Position numbers and translations under genes: made by a program. DNA of 64,000 nucleotides from IMG/VR virus record IMGVR_UViG_3300050821_003663, positions 1 through 64,000 of that record; one strand, written 5' to 3'. Of this stretch, positions 45,901-56,176 are shown piece after piece. This stretch comes from a virus. Within the stretch, counting starts at the first letter, position 1, and each line of letters starts with the position of its first letter. The notes beneath the pieces were generated by a model, which saw only the letters and a list, made by a program, of their open reading frames with translations, did not search any database and was not told where the DNA came from.

Positions 45901-48900
45901 GGGCAAGGATGGCAATCTCTACCTGCGGTCTGGAAACGCCTCACCACTCAAGCTCGACAGACTGAATCCCAGCGACCGCGTCAAAGACATCGTCAACAAA
46001 GGCAAGGTGACGCAGAGCAAGCTCGACTTCACTGAAGCTGAGGTCAGTCAGGCTGCGTTCGACCGGCCACACTACGTCAGCTATCAAGACCGCTTGACGG
46101 ATGAGGTGCGCGAGAGGATTGAAGGCACGATTTCAGATCCAGAAGCGCGTACACCCGCACAGGTCGAACAGCAGGCGGTAGCAGCTATCCGGCGCTCCGA
46201 CGCTGCCGATGCCGTGGCAACCAGAGCGGTGATCGACTCGGTCAATCCGCCGGCAGATGTGACCAGCGTGGAGCAGGCTGAAGGCGCCGTCGACGACGCG
46301 CAAGAGAAGGTGAAGGTCGCGGAGAAGGCGTACTCTCAGGCTGCCGAGGCAGAGTCGAAATCGACACCTGCGGACCCGTTCCCAGACCGTGCTCCGGTAT
46401 CCGTGGGATACGTTGGACCGCATGGCATGATCGTCCAGAACGGTCACGAGATCTCATTCCACTACGAAGTGGTCCCGATAGACTCGCTAGTGGCTTCGCA
46501 CAACTGGAATGGCCCCCTACTTGAGGTGAATCCGGAATTTCCGGAACCGCTACAACCACGGACAATCTCAGAGGCAGAGTCGAAGCTGAATGATCTTCGA
46601 GCGCAGCGCCGTGTCACCAGCGAAAACGGCAAGACGCAGGGGTACGACTTCCGCGAGTACGCCGATAAGACCGTGAATGGTTCGATGGGACCGGCAATCA
46701 TCGACCCGAGAGGGTGGATTGTCGGCGGAAACACGCGAATTTCAATCATGCGCCGTCACCTGGACAATCTCCGGTCGATTGGAGACGTGGAAGAGCGCGA
46801 GGCTGCACTGCTGGGGTTCCGTTCGGCAATGCGTCAGCTCGCCTCAGAAGATGGAGTTGCGGGCTATCCGGACGATGGCAGCTTCAATGCCGTGGTGAGG
46901 GTGTTAGATAAGCCCATCGCGACGAACAGGGAGGCAGCGGAGCTAGGCAGGCTCTTCAATAAGTCCGTCAGCGTCCAAATCAGGAAGTCAGCCAAGGGGA
47001 TCTCCTACGCGAAGTCGCTGGACACGCCGCTCATGGAGGAGATCGGGCGCAGGACTGAAGCCTACGACGGACTGACGCCGGCGATGCAGGCTGATCCAGA
47101 GTTCTTTCGCGACATCGTAAGCGAGAAGTTCAGTGTGACCCCGGAAGAGTACGCGGATTGGTTTGACGATATTCCCGGCCGTGGCCTGGTATTGAACGAT
47201 CAGGGCCGCCAGCAGTTCACCAAGGCGATGATGGGCACCGTCATCAAGGATGCAGCCCTGCTGAACCGCATCGAGGGCAGGACGCCCTACCGGGCTGCAG
47301 AGCGGGCGATTACGTACCTCATCAAGATGCAGGCGCTCACCGACCGAGACATCGTCGGCAAGATCACTGAAGCGCTCAACGCCAGCGCGGAGACGATGAA
47401 TACCGACCCCGGCCTGTCACTATCAAACGACCGCTGGCTGGCAACCTACCATCCAGATCAACAGCAATTCTTGGGGATGGAGACGAGCATCCCGCCGGAG
47501 CCTGACCGGATGGTAGAAGCGCTGTGGCGGGCGCTGACAGCTTCAGATGCGGCCGTACCCCGCGTATTCAACGACCGGCTGAAGAGCTTCATTGGGCAAG
47601 AATCTTCGTTAGCGGGTAATATCTTCGAGGAGCAACAGGAGACGCCGGCAGAGGCTTTCAACCGCGCCTTCAAGAAGGAGCTGAAAGAGGTAGCTTTCAG
47701 TCGCAAGGATAAGCAAGAGGCGATCTCGCAGGACGAATACGATGCGGCTCTTCGCAACCGCGAATTGAGCGATGCAGAGAGGTTCGATGCAGAGAACACA
47801 CCGGAGACAGAAGGAGGTCGCGGACAATCGCCAGAGCAGGCTGAGGGGGCGCAAGCCCCCGGCAGTCTCAGCGCAGGAGACCCATTCGCAACGACATCAT
47901 GGGAGCGTGGCGAGCAGCCGGGAGAGTTGATGTGGGTAGACCACGAGGGGGACTATCCGGTAAGTGCAAGACTTCTGGCGAGCAAGGAGCGGGCTGAGGT
48001 TGCAATCAAAGACGAGCACGGGTTAGTTGGCACCGTGGTCATTGGCCGGGGGGAGTGGCCGAAGGAAGAAGCCGACCGTGTTTCGCTGATGCGAGAGAAG
48101 ATGAAGGGGGCCGGAGACTTCAACGATAAACCCGAGCAGGCCCAAGAGAAGATTGCGGAGCGGATGGCTAAACAGGCAGCCATCGCGTTCAAGCACGGGT
48201 CTTCGGGTGGCAGGATGACCCGGCCGCCGGAGGCGCCAACGAAGGCATCCATTGCAGCCCGCGACATGGCCATCACGAAGGCCGAAAAGGGATACGTCAC
48301 CCCGGACAAGCTGAAGGAGTTCCTAGCCTCACATCCAGCGACGAAGGGCAACGTCAACGAGTTGATGCGCACAGCGAGGATGATGTCGGAGTACGTGTTC
48401 GACGCCGACCCGCCGGTGGGGGTAGATCGCAAGCAGGCGCTCGATTGGGTGTTGCGCGAGCGGTTGGCAGGGATCGAAGCGGGAGAGCTCAAGACGAAGC
48501 GCGGGCAGTACAGCGACCCATTGATCGAAAAGGGTGTTGGCGATGCGATCATGAAGCTGCATAAGGCAGCGGACCCCAGCACCTTCATTCACGAGTTCGC
48601 GCACGTCATCTTCCCGATGCTGAGTGACGAGGATCTCAAGGCTATCGACACCATCGAGGGACCGCGTGGGAAGGGGCGCTGGGACGGTGAACGCAAGAAT
48701 CTAACGAAAGACGTTTACGTTGACCTATCGGAGAAGTTGGCGAGCGGCATGGAGCGCTTCCTGCGAGACGAGAACCCCACCGGGTTTACCCATGAGGTCA
48801 AGGCGGTACTAGCGAAGGTCAAAGAGATGATGCGGAAGGTATACAGCGCCTTCGCAAAAGACCCGCTTTCAGGCTTCAACCCGACCGAAGAGGCTCGCGA

Positions 48901-51900
48901 GGTGTTTTCGAAGATGTTCGGCATCACCACCTTCGACGTGCAGGATAGATGGAGCGAAGAGCTAAAAAAGGCTCGCACCGAAGAGAAGCGCATGAAGAAG
49001 CCCGACGAAGAGGCTCACCCGCTGCAGAAGATCGCCGCCGATGCAGGCGCCACGGGCATCCGCAACACCATCGCGGGCAAGGTGGAAGACTCTGCCGGCG
49101 AGCGTGTGGACCCGCGCAAGCCGAGCGCAGCGCTGGTGTTCCCAGACGAGGGATCCGCGACGGCTTTCTGGGACCAGGTTGTTTCCGGCAAGGGCAAGAT
49201 CTCGAATGCCGAGTTGATTCAGGCTGAGGACGGTAGCTGGGGGGTTCGGTTCAACACGAAGACGAAGGTTCCAAACAGCGTGCTTTATCAGGATGTGCCC
49301 AAAAAGCACCCAGGTTTGGAGTTGGAGGAGAAAAAGAAGAGGCTTGCGGAAACCCCCGCCTCAGCCGCAATGGTGCGAAAACTCCTCCAGCTCCAAATTC
49401 AAAATCTAGAAAACGAGATTCGGTCGAAGTACGGCGCCGAGACGGAGCCGGCGGCGAAACCGGCAGAGGTTGCGTCGCAGGCACGGCAGGAGGTAAAGAA
49501 TGTCGCAAACGCCAACGCAGTACGAGAAGCGGCTCATGCAAACGCTCCACTTTCCGACGCTGGAAAGCCTCCAGCATTTTCTCAACCTCCCCGTCCTCCC
49601 CGGTCTGCGGATGCGGGTGCCGGATCAACTGGACGAGTTCGACCGGATGGAAAGCCAGTGGCAAGAGCGCCAAGGAGCCTAGCCGAAGTCAGGGAAGTCA
49701 ACATACAGCCGCTCGCGAGGGAGCGCAGCGCACCGGTTGGAACCGTCGAAGGCGAAGAGTTCAACGAGCAGAAGTGGAAGTCCACGCTTGCGATGGCTGG
49801 ACTGCCGGAGAATCTGCCTCCGCCGACATGGGCTCTCAACCGCAAGACGGCGGAGAAGCTCATCTTCCCCGGCCAGAAAGAAGTTGTGCAGGCAGCGCTC
49901 TCGGCCTTTGAGCAGGGAGATGGATTCGCGGCTGCAACCGCCACCGGAACCGGCAAGACCTACACCGGCATGGCAATCATCAAGGAATGGCGCGACAAGC
50001 ATCCGGACGCGAGGATCCTCTACATCACCAAGAACCAGAAGTTGCTCAAGAATGCCCGTGGCGTCTCAGAGGGGACGTTCGGCTTCGAGATGGAGAAGAA
50101 GCTACCCGACCGCGATGCGCCGGCCGGAACGTACGGGATAACCTACATGGGAATGATTGCGGACCCGAAGGCGGAAAACACGCACTGGGACATGGTGATT
50201 GCAGACGAGTCAGGCGAGGCCCGCAATTGGTTCAAGGAAGACAATCAACAGGGCAAGAAGTTGATGGCCGTGACGGCGAACGCCGACAAGGTGGGCTACT
50301 TTAGCGCTACGCCCTGGCATTCTCCGATGGAATACGGGTACATGACGAAGCTCAATCTATGGCCGAAGAACGGTTTCGACAGGTGGATCGAGGGTAACTT
50401 CGCGCACGAAAAGATCGACGGCAAGGTGATCGGGAAGCTGGATCCCGCAAAGCAGGCGAAACTACGTCAGCAATTGATCGAGCGCGGCCAGCTCGTATCG
50501 CAGGCGATTTCCTACGATGGATTTACCGCGCACTTCGGCGTGGTTCCGGTGACGGATTCCATGAAGCGCGGCCTAGACCGCATTCATGAAGGATTTGCTC
50601 GCGCAAAGAAGCAGTTGATTGACACGAAGAAGAAGGGGCTTGCAGAGAAGGTTGCAGCGTTCGAGGCGACCTACACGAAGGCATTCCTTGAGCGGGAGCG
50701 GCTTCCCCAGGCTATCGAACTAGCGCAAAAGGCTCGTAGGAACGGATGGCAGGTAATGCTGTTCTCCGAGACGTCCTCTGAAGATCTCTTCCGGCGCGGC
50801 CAGGAGGAAGGCGAGGAGCCGAGCACCTACCAGCAACTCGATATGGCGATGGGCGGCCAGCTTTCGCGGATCATTCCGCCATTCCCGAACATCTACGACA
50901 GGCTTCAGCAGGCGTTTGGCAGCCAGATTGGCGACTACAGCGGCCGTGGCAATTCGATGGGAGAGCGCGAGAAGGCGCTCACTGACTATCTGACAGGCGA
51001 ACGGCCAATGATTTACTCCACCTACGCTGCCGGCGGAATTGGAGTCAGCCTGCATGACGCAGACTTTCCAGAATTGGGGATCAGCGGAGGAGAGCGGCCG
51101 CGTGTGGCTATCTTCCTTGGGCCGCCGTACTCAGGAGTGCTGCTAGAGCAGGCGATGGGGCGCTCATGGCGCTTCGGTGTGAAGTCGGATACCCACTCTG
51201 TCTTTCTCGCCACCGATTCAGAGCCAGATGTAAGGCTAATGCAAGAGAAGGTTGGGCCGCGCATGAGGGCGCTGAGAGCCTCCGTGCTAGGTGAGCGGGA
51301 CTCACTGGCGTCGGTCATGGCCACTTACAACGATGAGGAGAAGACGCGGGCGAGGCAGGAGTCGCTGGCTTATCAGGAAGGCAATGAACCGGAGATCTCG
51401 GCGCAGAGCTTCCAGGTACGCAGCAAGTCACGCGACGTTGGCATCAACGATTGGAGCCAGATCAACTTTCCACCGGCCGATACCGCGAAAAACAAGGGCA
51501 TGAAATACGGAGAGCATGTACCTGGGGGAGATTGGAGCAACCTCTACCAGTCGAAGTTCGGGATGCTATTCCCAGACTCGCCGGAGCAATCGGCCGGGAA
51601 GGATTCGGTCGACTCCATCGGCAACGGTCTGGCTACCGGGCAAGGTCTTCCGCCAGACGTGTCAGTCCAAAATTTGGACCCCGCAGACCGCGACGTGGTG
51701 GTGGGCGCGGCTGCTTCTGTGGCGACGGATGCCGTGGATGCTTCAACCGAGCGCGATGCGAAGGCTGCAGCCCGTCAGTCGATGCAGTCGCAGATGCAGC
51801 TACCCGGCGACAAGGATAAGTGGATCCTGACCTTCCCGAACAGGCGGCAGAAGATCGGCGTCTGGCGGTATACCGGGGATCCAGCGGATCTGCCACGGAG

Positions 51901-54031
51901 GGCGGAAGCCTCCGGAGACGAAGACATCACCAACAGCCGGCCGAAGGACATCCGCACCTGGTACGGAGGCGCTGCATTCACGCAGGAGGTTGGAATCAAG
52001 TCAATCGCGACTCGCGCAGGCGCGGCCGAGGCGGGAGAGAACATCGTCAGGATGAACCGCTCGTATCAGGCGGACGCGGACGTGAACTTCGCGGACTTCG
52101 CAATGGAGGCCCATGACATCGCCGAGAAGCACAAGCTGGACACTCGCGACCCGAAGACGATGAATGACCTGTGGGATGCCGTGGAAGGCAAGCGCGTCAT
52201 CGACAACCCGGCGATCAATGCTGCGGTGAACGACATCGCCAACCTGCATGAGCGGATCCACTCGGCCGAGGGAACTGCAGGCGTCAAGCTGAAGACGCCA
52301 TCCGGCGAGGTGCTTTCGTGGAAGCAGATCTCGAAGGACCGCAACTACATGCCGCATCGGATCGACTGGGATGCCCAGGTGCAAGATCCAGTTACCGGCG
52401 AAACGCACACACTCCGCGACATCATGAAGGAGACCTTCGCGGAAGCCAGCCGCCGGCGGATTATCGACGCTATCGCGAAGGAGCGGAACTACACCTACGA
52501 CCAGGTGGTCGACTACCTTCGCGCTTACGCTCCAAACACGCCGGTGTTGAGCCATATCCACCGCGCACGTACCATCGACTTTCCGTTCATCAAGAAGGAC
52601 TGGCGAACGCTGATGAGTTACTACCGTCAGGCCGCTGACGCTATCGCGATTGAGAAGAACTTCGGTTCAGATCGCGGCAAGCTGGACAAGGAGATTGCGC
52701 GGATCCCGAGCGAGAACGGCCGCCGCACGATTCAGAGCATGTTCGACGGATTGTTGGAGCCGCAGGAGTGGCAGGACTGGACAGCGAAGGCTTACAACGC
52801 CGCCATCGCTTTCGAGGCCGCAACCAAGATGACAATCTCCGTCACCAAGGTGCCGTTCCACCTCGTCCACATCCCGATGGGCCTGAAGGGCCGCGTGATG
52901 CCGCTGGTGAAGGCTATAGCGAGGGACATCTTCGATCACAAGGACGTGATGGACAACGCGACTTATGTGGGAACCATCGCTCGACAGTTGAACGCCGCTG
53001 ACGTGATCGCCAAGGGTGAAGACTCTCAGGGCATCACACACCAGATCTTCGGCAAGACAGGGTTCAACGCCGCGTACAAGCAGGTGAGGGCGATTGCCGG
53101 CGAGTCATCTCGCATCTGGATGGAGCAGTACGCGATGAAGGAGCTCCGCAAGGATAACTCCGGGGAGGCTCGCAGAATTCTCCGCGACGTGATGCTAGTT
53201 GGAGACAAGGCCATCGACCAAGCGATTGCAATCGGCCGGTTCACTCCGGAGGATCTCGCGAAGGGTCAGACGGCCTTTGCCAACCTGACGACGTGGTCGA
53301 ACAATCCGCTGCAGATGCCAGGGTGGGCGCGGCTGCATATTGAGCGCAACGATCCTACGACGATGGTGGGGATCAAGCGGGCAGTGCGCCTGACGTACGC
53401 GCTGCAGTCGTTCGCGCTGAAGTCGACATCGCTGCTACGTGAGCAACTCTATGACGAGGTGGTTCACCACAAAAATCTCAAGCCGCTTGCATACGCTGTC
53501 ATCGCGTATCCGGTGATCGGCCAGCTACTCGCGGCCACGGGCGCCGGCGCGAAGCACTTCGTCCACAAGGGAATCGAAGGGTTGGAACACAAGGAGCACG
53601 AGAACGACTCATGGGATAAATTCTTCGCCAACCTGGAGGACACCTTCGAGCATCCGGAGGCAGTGAAGTTCCTGAAGTTCTACATCGACGGCTGGACGCT
53701 GGGTGTCGGCTGGGACCGCGTACGCCGCTGGACGGATCCATTCCTAAATGCCGCGATTGGCAAGAACAAAGAGGCTCAGAGCGGACTAACGTATCTCCTC
53801 AAGGACGAGGGCGAGCAGCTCATCGGGCCGGCCTTCAGCGACCTAGTGGAGTTTCTTGGCTTTGGCGTGGATGTGGGCAAGATCGAGATAGGCCAGAAGC
53901 ACCCCGAGCAGAAGAAGGAAAAGGTTGAGGCCGCCGCGAAGAAAGAGACCAAGCAGATCGTACCGATTCTCGGTCAGGTGCCAGGGTTCACGAACCCACC
54001 GAAAGCGAAGACCACGAGGCCGCATTACTGA
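42905..54031 (+). CDS. Giant polyvalent internal virion protein (ParB-like, HExxH zincin, Strawberry-notch-like SF2 helicase)
   Basis: LVASH..LQPR..GGNTR; TFIHEFAHV; ATGTGKT, IADESGE, FSATP, AGGIGVSLHD, QAMGRSWR. Confidence 0.85.
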   Translation: MAEDVLEKLSAAIGRKITPESTAKKPVYVAGENVKGLKEPGNIDITNRPVVPNPAAGKGQSSTVLSMGIEEDGKHVLIPMVSDGADGKPPRIMNKKEAIDYYHKTKKHLGIFDSDAAADEYGRNVLHPQQATLKNVNGRTSAAPDLSSIIGRRVEPEKVSPLAMQRFKMYSQARTNGFDPDAAMKTAMSTAGTVEGAPGQSMYQKAKSAFANVPLAPGATRTLGDVGKDISEVLHRAWANPMAMSDSEWASHQQNIDKFFDDYLQQAKAKIGEPTTPFKKFQTGAAQFEAGAFAGTAKTAAEFTSPGQIALLVGTFGESALARVAAKTGIAGAVPAAKTIAKLLQLNFTASMIEGTATGVEDTFRNAIKGDWKAAGQSAAEGLISGVMAKSAIDHETAQIRVRADLEKVARDKYGAPAGHPVTAAITSRFNQLDPFRQAAVIDEAVKQSKEYQDILKDVDDKNADAKAETRKQQRGRLNDYYGRAMSEAWDENVARRTLQGLQRGRQAVGRMEEASRQADTKRAQEEHVREQQSITLRLIEEHREMDRQAAAKQRIERGQEAASERSQVGRISEVLSDKRNDVFRQRQEFDSIAPAETAPRRQIEAVVTPEGQVAYPAMFWGEENHFGVAGDLGGHAVYRQTPRGTEWLGTDGNFSEAPESVYMAAKPEEADTMARLGALTAEATYRAEEEGGEHVKDADELSAILRDYSEGEIDAKEARKRAGIADTTKLPDEYTAARDGRLNGPFYDSSARGYYDGLAEEARTAGLTEEETNELLNEAGMLSRQQTENNLHHVSRPGDYVVSGKGIKWTLDSKGVLHSDEGGAVPLLKRGLYSNDALQLAGSGRVGYGTQTRDERRASDARRRQTEADIRQNQEQVDREMRLAVQRQDITPAAETEPRADTIDKDVRRQRFMTRPPRAEESQVGAIVRMVLTAPTDAKSVIKAIAARNGVSEQEVMRLQIAADPDRLNAPEAKVARLEIGDTITDDFRKDRPWKVEQGKDGNLYLRSGNASPLKLDRLNPSDRVKDIVNKGKVTQSKLDFTEAEVSQAAFDRPHYVSYQDRLTDEVRERIEGTISDPEARTPAQVEQQAVAAIRRSDAADAVATRAVIDSVNPPADVTSVEQAEGAVDDAQEKVKVAEKAYSQAAEAESKSTPADPFPDRAPVSVGYVGPHGMIVQNGHEISFHYEVVPIDSLVASHNWNGPLLEVNPEFPEPLQPRTISEAESKLNDLRAQRRVTSENGKTQGYDFREYADKTVNGSMGPAIIDPRGWIVGGNTRISIMRRHLDNLRSIGDVEEREAALLGFRSAMRQLASEDGVAGYPDDGSFNAVVRVLDKPIATNREAAELGRLFNKSVSVQIRKSAKGISYAKSLDTPLMEEIGRRTEAYDGLTPAMQADPEFFRDIVSEKFSVTPEEYADWFDDIPGRGLVLNDQGRQQFTKAMMGTVIKDAALLNRIEGRTPYRAAERAITYLIKMQALTDRDIVGKITEALNASAETMNTDPGLSLSNDRWLATYHPDQQQFLGMETSIPPEPDRMVEALWRALTASDAAVPRVFNDRLKSFIGQESSLAGNIFEEQQETPAEAFNRAFKKELKEVAFSRKDKQEAISQDEYDAALRNRELSDAERFDAENTPETEGGRGQSPEQAEGAQAPGSLSAGDPFATTSWERGEQPGELMWVDHEGDYPVSARLLASKERAEVAIKDEHGLVGTVVIGRGEWPKEEADRVSLMREKMKGAGDFNDKPEQAQEKIAERMAKQAAIAFKHGSSGGRMTRPPEAPTKASIAARDMAITKAEKGYVTPDKLKEFLASHPATKGNVNELMRTARMMSEYVFDADPPVGVDRKQALDWVLRERLAGIEAGELKTKRGQYSDPLIEKGVGDAIMKLHKAADPSTFIHEFAHVIFPMLSDEDLKAIDTIEGPRGKGRWDGERKNLTKDVYVDLSEKLASGMERFLRDENPTGFTHEVKAVLAKVKEMMRKVYSAFAKDPLSGFNPTEEAREVFSKMFGITTFDVQDRWSEELKKARTEEKRMKKPDEEAHPLQKIAADAGATGIRNTIAGKVEDSAGERVDPRKPSAALVFPDEGSATAFWDQVVSGKGKISNAELIQAEDGSWGVRFNTKTKVPNSVLYQDVPKKHPGLELEEKKKRLAETPASAAMVRKLLQLQIQNLENEIRSKYGAETEPAAKPAEVASQARQEVKNVANANAVREAAHANAPLSDAGKPPAFSQPPRPPRSADAGAGSTGRVRPDGKPVARAPRSLAEVREVNIQPLARERSAPVGTVEGEEFNEQKWKSTLAMAGLPENLPPPTWALNRKTAEKLIFPGQKEVVQAALSAFEQGDGFAAATATGTGKTYTGMAIIKEWRDKHPDARILYITKNQKLLKNARGVSEGTFGFEMEKKLPDRDAPAGTYGITYMGMIADPKAENTHWDMVIADESGEARNWFKEDNQQGKKLMAVTANADKVGYFSATPWHSPMEYGYMTKLNLWPKNGFDRWIEGNFAHEKIDGKVIGKLDPAKQAKLRQQLIERGQLVSQAISYDGFTAHFGVVPVTDSMKRGLDRIHEGFARAKKQLIDTKKKGLAEKVAAFEATYTKAFLERERLPQAIELAQKARRNGWQVMLFSETSSEDLFRRGQEEGEEPSTYQQLDMAMGGQLSRIIPPFPNIYDRLQQAFGSQIGDYSGRGNSMGEREKALTDYLTGERPMIYSTYAAGGIGVSLHDADFPELGISGGERPRVAIFLGPPYSGVLLEQAMGRSWRFGVKSDTHSVFLATDSEPDVRLMQEKVGPRMRALRASVLGERDSLASVMATYNDEEKTRARQESLAYQEGNEPEISAQSFQVRSKSRDVGINDWSQINFPPADTAKNKGMKYGEHVPGGDWSNLYQSKFGMLFPDSPEQSAGKDSVDSIGNGLATGQGLPPDVSVQNLDPADRDVVVGAAASVATDAVDASTERDAKAAARQSMQSQMQLPGDKDKWILTFPNRRQKIGVWRYTGDPADLPRRAEASGDEDITNSRPKDIRTWYGGAAFTQEVGIKSIATRAGAAEAGENIVRMNRSYQADADVNFADFAMEAHDIAEKHKLDTRDPKTMNDLWDAVEGKRVIDNPAINAAVNDIANLHERIHSAEGTAGVKLKTPSGEVLSWKQISKDRNYMPHRIDWDAQVQDPVTGETHTLRDIMKETFAEASRRRIIDAIAKERNYTYDQVVDYLRAYAPNTPVLSHIHRARTIDFPFIKKDWRTLMSYYRQAADAIAIEKNFGSDRGKLDKEIARIPSENGRRTIQSMFDGLLEPQEWQDWTAKAYNAAIAFEAATKMTISVTKVPFHLVHIPMGLKGRVMPLVKAIARDIFDHKDVMDNATYVGTIARQLNAADVIAKGEDSQGITHQIFGKTGFNAAYKQVRAIAGESSRIWMEQYAMKELRKDNSGEARRILRDVMLVGDKAIDQAIAIGRFTPEDLAKGQTAFANLTTWSNNPLQMPGWARLHIERNDPTTMVGIKRAVRLTYALQSFALKSTSLLREQLYDEVVHHKNLKPLAYAVIAYPVIGQLLAATGAGAKHFVHKGIEGLEHKEHENDSWDKFFANLEDTFEHPEAVKFLKFYIDGWTLGVGWDRVRRWTDPFLNAAIGKNKEAQSGLTYLLKDEGEQLIGPAFSDLVEFLGFGVDVGKIEIGQKHPEQKKEKVEAAAKKETKQIVPILGQVPGFTNPPKAKTTRPHY

Positions 54032-54060
54032 GTGTATTATGCCTACATGGAGGTAACACC

Positions 54061-55049
54061 ATGAGGGTAGTTATTGCAACACCCGAGCAGTGGCAGTCGA
54101 TATTCCAGAGGCTCATCCCGGCGGAGCGCATCTTGCAAGGGACGGCCCTATTTATCGCATCCGTAAACACTCTCGTTGTTATGGACGATGAGCTGGTAGT
54201 CGGCAAACTACGCGAGAACAACATTCACGAAAGCGAACCACTGTCAAAATGGAAAGAAGAGCTCCGCACGAAGCAGTTCGAGGTAATCTATCCGTCGAAG
54301 GAGTGAGCGATGCCGATCCGAGCAGGGGCAACGAAAGCTGAAGCCTTCCACGATCTACGTCACGGGAAGGCGTACAAGAAGACGCGGGCGAAGTTCGGCA
54401 AGAAGAAGGCGCAACAGCAGATGGTTGCGCGTTACTTCAAGCACGAGCGCGGCGAGGACCGGCCGAAGGGTAAAAAGCGCAGATCGACGAAGCGATGACA
54501 GAGCCAATCATGTGCGGTTGGACTGAAGGCCGACAAGGTGACCCTTCCTGCGAACATTCATGGGACTATGAGGAAGGCGTGATTATCACGTCCCCACCCA
54601 GAGAGCACCGGGAGTGTTCGAAGTGCCATCGCCGCGAGTGTGTTATAGCGCGAGAGCACGAAGGGAACGAACTGGATGAACAAATATTTTTTGGTGGCAA
54701 CCTGGTGATCGTGTCGCCGAGGGTCAACTTCAAACTGGTGGGGCTCAAGGGCTAGGTGATAGGATGTAGGCTAATTTCCTTGGAGGGAGATGAGCTTATG
54801 TTCGGAGCGAGGGTAGTCGGCCTGGAAGCCTCTGTCGTGTTGAAGAACCCGAAGACCGGGGAAACCGTCACGTTCGACATGACGGAAGCGGAGTTCGAGC
54901 CTATCGGCATGGGAGTGAACGGCGCTGGTCGTGGCTGGCAAATCTTCCAAATTGAAGGGCGGGTGGATCGCAAGCGCAACGGAAGCCCCGGCGTGAAGGT
55001 CACGACGGCCCCATCGAAGTATCTTCCCCGAAGAGTGCGAGGTAGATAG
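54061..55049 (+). CDS. Four small genes (54061-54306; basic 54310-54498; 54495-54755; 54756-55049)
   Basis: Coupled ORFs, most with an RBS. Confidence 0.6.
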
Positions 55050-55159
55050 CGTGAAGGCAGGAATCCTACTCCGCTGGCACTCATTCTGGATCGGCGTCCA
55101 CTACTCGCCGGCCAACCGCCGATTCTGCATCAACCTCATCCCGTTCGTGACGGTGTGGA

Positions 55160-55798
55160 TCACCCTTGAGGATGGAGTGCAGCCGCAACGGTCTTTGCCA
55201 AAGCAACCTTCTGATAAAACTCCCGCATCGCGACCTCTCGTTCCGCGTGGGGCATTCGGGCCAGCCTTTCCAGCTTCTTTTGAAGAAGATCATCTCCGGC
55301 AAACTCAACATCCAGAGGAACACCTTCGGCTGCTTCGGCAGATCGAGCAAGAAAGAAGTCAATCAACTCCTGAATCAAAAACGGTGCCCTTTGTTTGGCC
55401 ATCTTCCGGCCGCGTCGGCGCCACAGCAGATCCCGGACAACTGAAGTAGGGTAGAGGATGTAGGCGCCCACTCTGACACCACCCTTTATCCGGCCCGTAG
55501 CAGCCCGCGTACGGGTTCCGTGGAGCGTCCACCCCATAATCTCTGCAATCTCCCTCAGCGAGAGCAGGGGGGCCATGTCTAGCTCGATTGGCAGGGGGTG
55601 TGTGCGGCCGTAGAAAGCCTCACAGCGCTTCAGCTTCTCTTTGTACTCGGGGGTGGGGTCCAAATACCGCGCTTCAGCCCTAGTACGGCCGGGGAGGAAG
55701 GCCAGGTGCCCATTCTTAGCCAGCCACAGGGCGTGCTTCCGGGTGATATTGAGCACACCGCAGATTCCTTCAAGCGATAGCCAGTGCTGATCGGTCAT
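55160..55798 (-). CDS. Tandem excisionase/MerR-like HTH protein
   Basis: WLSLEGICGVLNIT and LLSLREIAEIMGWT repeats. Confidence 0.65.
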   Translation of the reverse strand: MTDQHWLSLEGICGVLNITRKHALWLAKNGHLAFLPGRTRAEARYLDPTPEYKEKLKRCEAFYGRTHPLPIELDMAPLLSLREIAEIMGWTLHGTRTRAATGRIKGGVRVGAYILYPTSVVRDLLWRRRGRKMAKQRAPFLIQELIDFFLARSAEAAEGVPLDVEFAGDDLLQKKLERLARMPHAEREVAMREFYQKVALAKTVAAALHPQG

Positions 55799-56055
55799 GC
55801 CGTCTTTTTCTTAGGAGGCCGGCCGCCGCGATAGGACGACTTCGGACGGTTTTCGTGGCTCTTGCGGGCCATCTCGGAGAAGGTCTCCGAGGAGATCTGA
55901 CGCTTTTCGGCTGAGATTGCACCGATTTTAGAGTAGTAATCGGGATCACTTTTCGATAGCGTCTGCCGGCGGCGAGGCTTGGAAGCCTTCTTTACTGCGG
56001 AACCTAGCTCGACTGTACGTGGCTTTTTAGGGAGGATGCGTTTGATCGTCGCCAT
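55795..56055 (-). CDS. Small basic protein (DPDYYSKIG motif)
   Basis: Lys/Arg-rich; ATG 7 nt after GATAAT (probably leaderless). Confidence 0.65.
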   Translation of the reverse strand: MATIKRILPKKPRTVELGSAVKKASKPRRRQTLSKSDPDYYSKIGAISAEKRQISSETFSEMARKSHENRPKSSYRGGRPPKKKTA

Positions 56056-56176
56056 GTAAGTCATTATCAGCCAACATGAAAAATCGCGCCATAAAAAAGC
56101 CTACATGAACGCTTGACACGGAAACGAACAAGTGCAACACTCGTCTTGCTGTTGCAACGAGGGAGAATCTGGGGAA

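Noticed and set aside
55051-55449. 132-aa plus-strand gene overlapping the minus-strand HTH gene by ~290 nt
   Set aside because: Only the first ~40 aa look protein-like; the rest appears to be read-through on the antisense of the HTH gene, so the full-length call is unsupported.
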